DNA from: Laetmonice hystrix | Taxonomy: Eukaryota | Length of the DNA stretch: 64,000 nucleotides | Direction of reading: 5' to 3' | Assembly: GCA_965235115.1 (NCBI GenBank) | Contig: OZ249436.1 | Span: forward strand, 10,912,001 to 10,976,000 | Shown here: positions 62,569-64,000 of the stretch, one piece after another | How positions within the stretch are numbered: the first letter of the stretch is position 1 | How the letters are laid out: each line of letters begins with the position of its first letter | Translations under genes and position numbers: made by a program | Notes under the pieces: model-generated | Seen by the model: only the letters and a program-made list of their open reading frames with translations | Database searches by the model: none | What the model was told of the DNA's origin: nothing

Positions 62569-62967
62569 ATGGCATACTACAGAGCAAGAAACGCAATCAT
62601 TTACGTACTTATTGTCATCGCCTGCACCTGGACCTTCCTCCATCTTTGGTTCTGGAGTACGAGCAGTGTCTGTAAAAACTGTCGGGGCAAATCCGACGGA
62701 GCATCACGAATTCGGACCGTTTTGAGGGAAATGTTCTCAAGCGATGAAACACCGCCTTTTGGAGGATGGTGTCGTAATAAAACCCGCCAACTGGACGCCT
62801 TTATGGCCAACCTTACAGGGCCCAACATTCTACCCGACAACCCTGCACTCTTGCGGGTTCTTCAAAGTCATGCCATCGACCCACCGTCGCCTTACCTCGT
62901 AAAGATGAGTTACCCATTGTTCAAAACGCCGCAAGCCGAAGCAGTGGAGAAACTAACAAAGGGAAAG
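62569..62967 (+). CDS. first coding exon of a type II membrane protein, probably Star-like/FkbM-family methyltransferase (continues beyond window)
   Basis: Acceptor ctttcag at about 62533 then ATG. N-terminal signal anchor AIIYVLIVIACTWTFLHLWFW. The segment PDNPALLRVLQSHAIDPPS..KTPQAEAVEKLTKGK resembles the region just before the GFFxExGA motif of Star-like proteins. Donor AAG|GTAATA, phase 0. The catalytic motif is not in the window. Confidence 0.55.
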
Positions 62968-64000
62968 GTAATAGGCCTAATGCTTTTGTGTATAGCCGTC
63001 CATTATACATAGTGGGAAACCGTTGAAGCGTTTTCTAGTTTTTGTGAGGCAATTACAGAGGCGAACATCAGCTACAGATGGGCAGGTATAGGTCTATAAG
63101 GGCCTTGAATGATTATCCAAACCCCCTTCCCAACGATATATTTCAGAGTTTGGTGGGTTTTTATTTTGCCAGTCTTCCATTAATATGGTTACAAGCATAA
63201 ATTTTGAGTGGGTAATTTTATCGTCATCTAGGCTCTGCCCCTTTACGAAATATAGCAACATCTAGTTTAGAAAGATTTCCACGATTTTCTCGTATTAGAC
63301 TATTCCCTGCATGATGGTCCAAAATATATGTACACTTGCGACGTCAAACGCATACAATCAAGTCAGAAATTCATGTGTACATAGTGCGTACTGCGTAGTG
63401 CGCAAATAACAGTTAGGCCTATTGAAATTTACTAAAGTGTTTCCATGTGTACGTAATGTGTATCATCAGAACTCCTAGGGGGTCGTTCGGATACGCATCA
63501 CGCTTACGCACACAGGAAATAGTGAAATCCAAGCTACGTAGGCCTATAGGGAATCTAGCAGCTTTTACCCCTTAATTTCACACACTGATCATGATCTAAT
63601 TAGGCCCTATATAGACCGTGATTTTCAAACAATGTAGCACAAATTTTCTACAGAAAAAAAGAGCAAATCCACCTCAAATGTAAATGTCAGCGAGATCTGT
63701 GACCTTGGTTACGTGCACAGTGTCAAGTTCCTATTTTTTATATTTTTTTTCGGCATCATTCCTATTTTTCCTATTTTTGGAGTAAACTGCCTATTTTTTC
63801 CTATTTTTTTGGGCACTATACCTAAAATATTCCTACACATGTCTTCTGTCGATTTTTATAAACCGTAAAATTGCGTGAATTTCATGGTACCAAAGTGAAG
63901 ACCACCTCGTCGCTGGACATTTTTTACAAGGACTTAAGCTTTAGAAGCTCAAAAAAAAACGTACACATGGATTCCTGGCTTCATAGGCCTACTTACGTGT

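Overview
This is eukaryotic (invertebrate animal) genomic DNA, roughly 40% GC by eye, intron-rich and dense in repeats. A spiralian or other marine invertebrate origin is an inference from the protein content. I reconstructed three complete spliced genes by hand, with GT-AG boundaries and codon phases that add up. (1) A 6-exon, 479-aa class A GPCR of the GnRH/AKH/ACP receptor clade on the minus strand (40833->11420), with an 18-kb first intron. It is preceded by an in-frame upstream ORF that is cut off from it by a single TGA. (2) A 4-exon, 670-aa plus-strand gene (47403->50101). It joins an acidic N-terminus and a small EGLLGITLD-motif domain to the DNA-binding half of a pogo/Tigger-like transposase (no DDE domain) and a Gln/His/Pro-rich tail. 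This looks like a domesticated-transposase transcription factor and is the most novel-looking item here. (3) A 3-exon, 185-aa two-TM membrane protein with a PPPY motif (minus strand, 57259->54225). Two partial genes are also present: an unidentified GC-rich first exon (minus, 6857->6558) and the first coding exon of a probable Star/FkbM-type type II membrane protein (plus, 62569->62967). The rest is minisatellites (two with higher-order structure), a 607-bp tandem duplication, many MITEs (Kolobok-, Tc1-, EnSpm-, Harbinger- and hAT-like), a nested Harbinger relic, a cluster of CTCF-like motifs, and a roughly 30-fold excess of the palindrome TAGGCCTA. I saw no rRNA, tRNA or CRISPR array. All family assignments come from motif recognition, not database searches.
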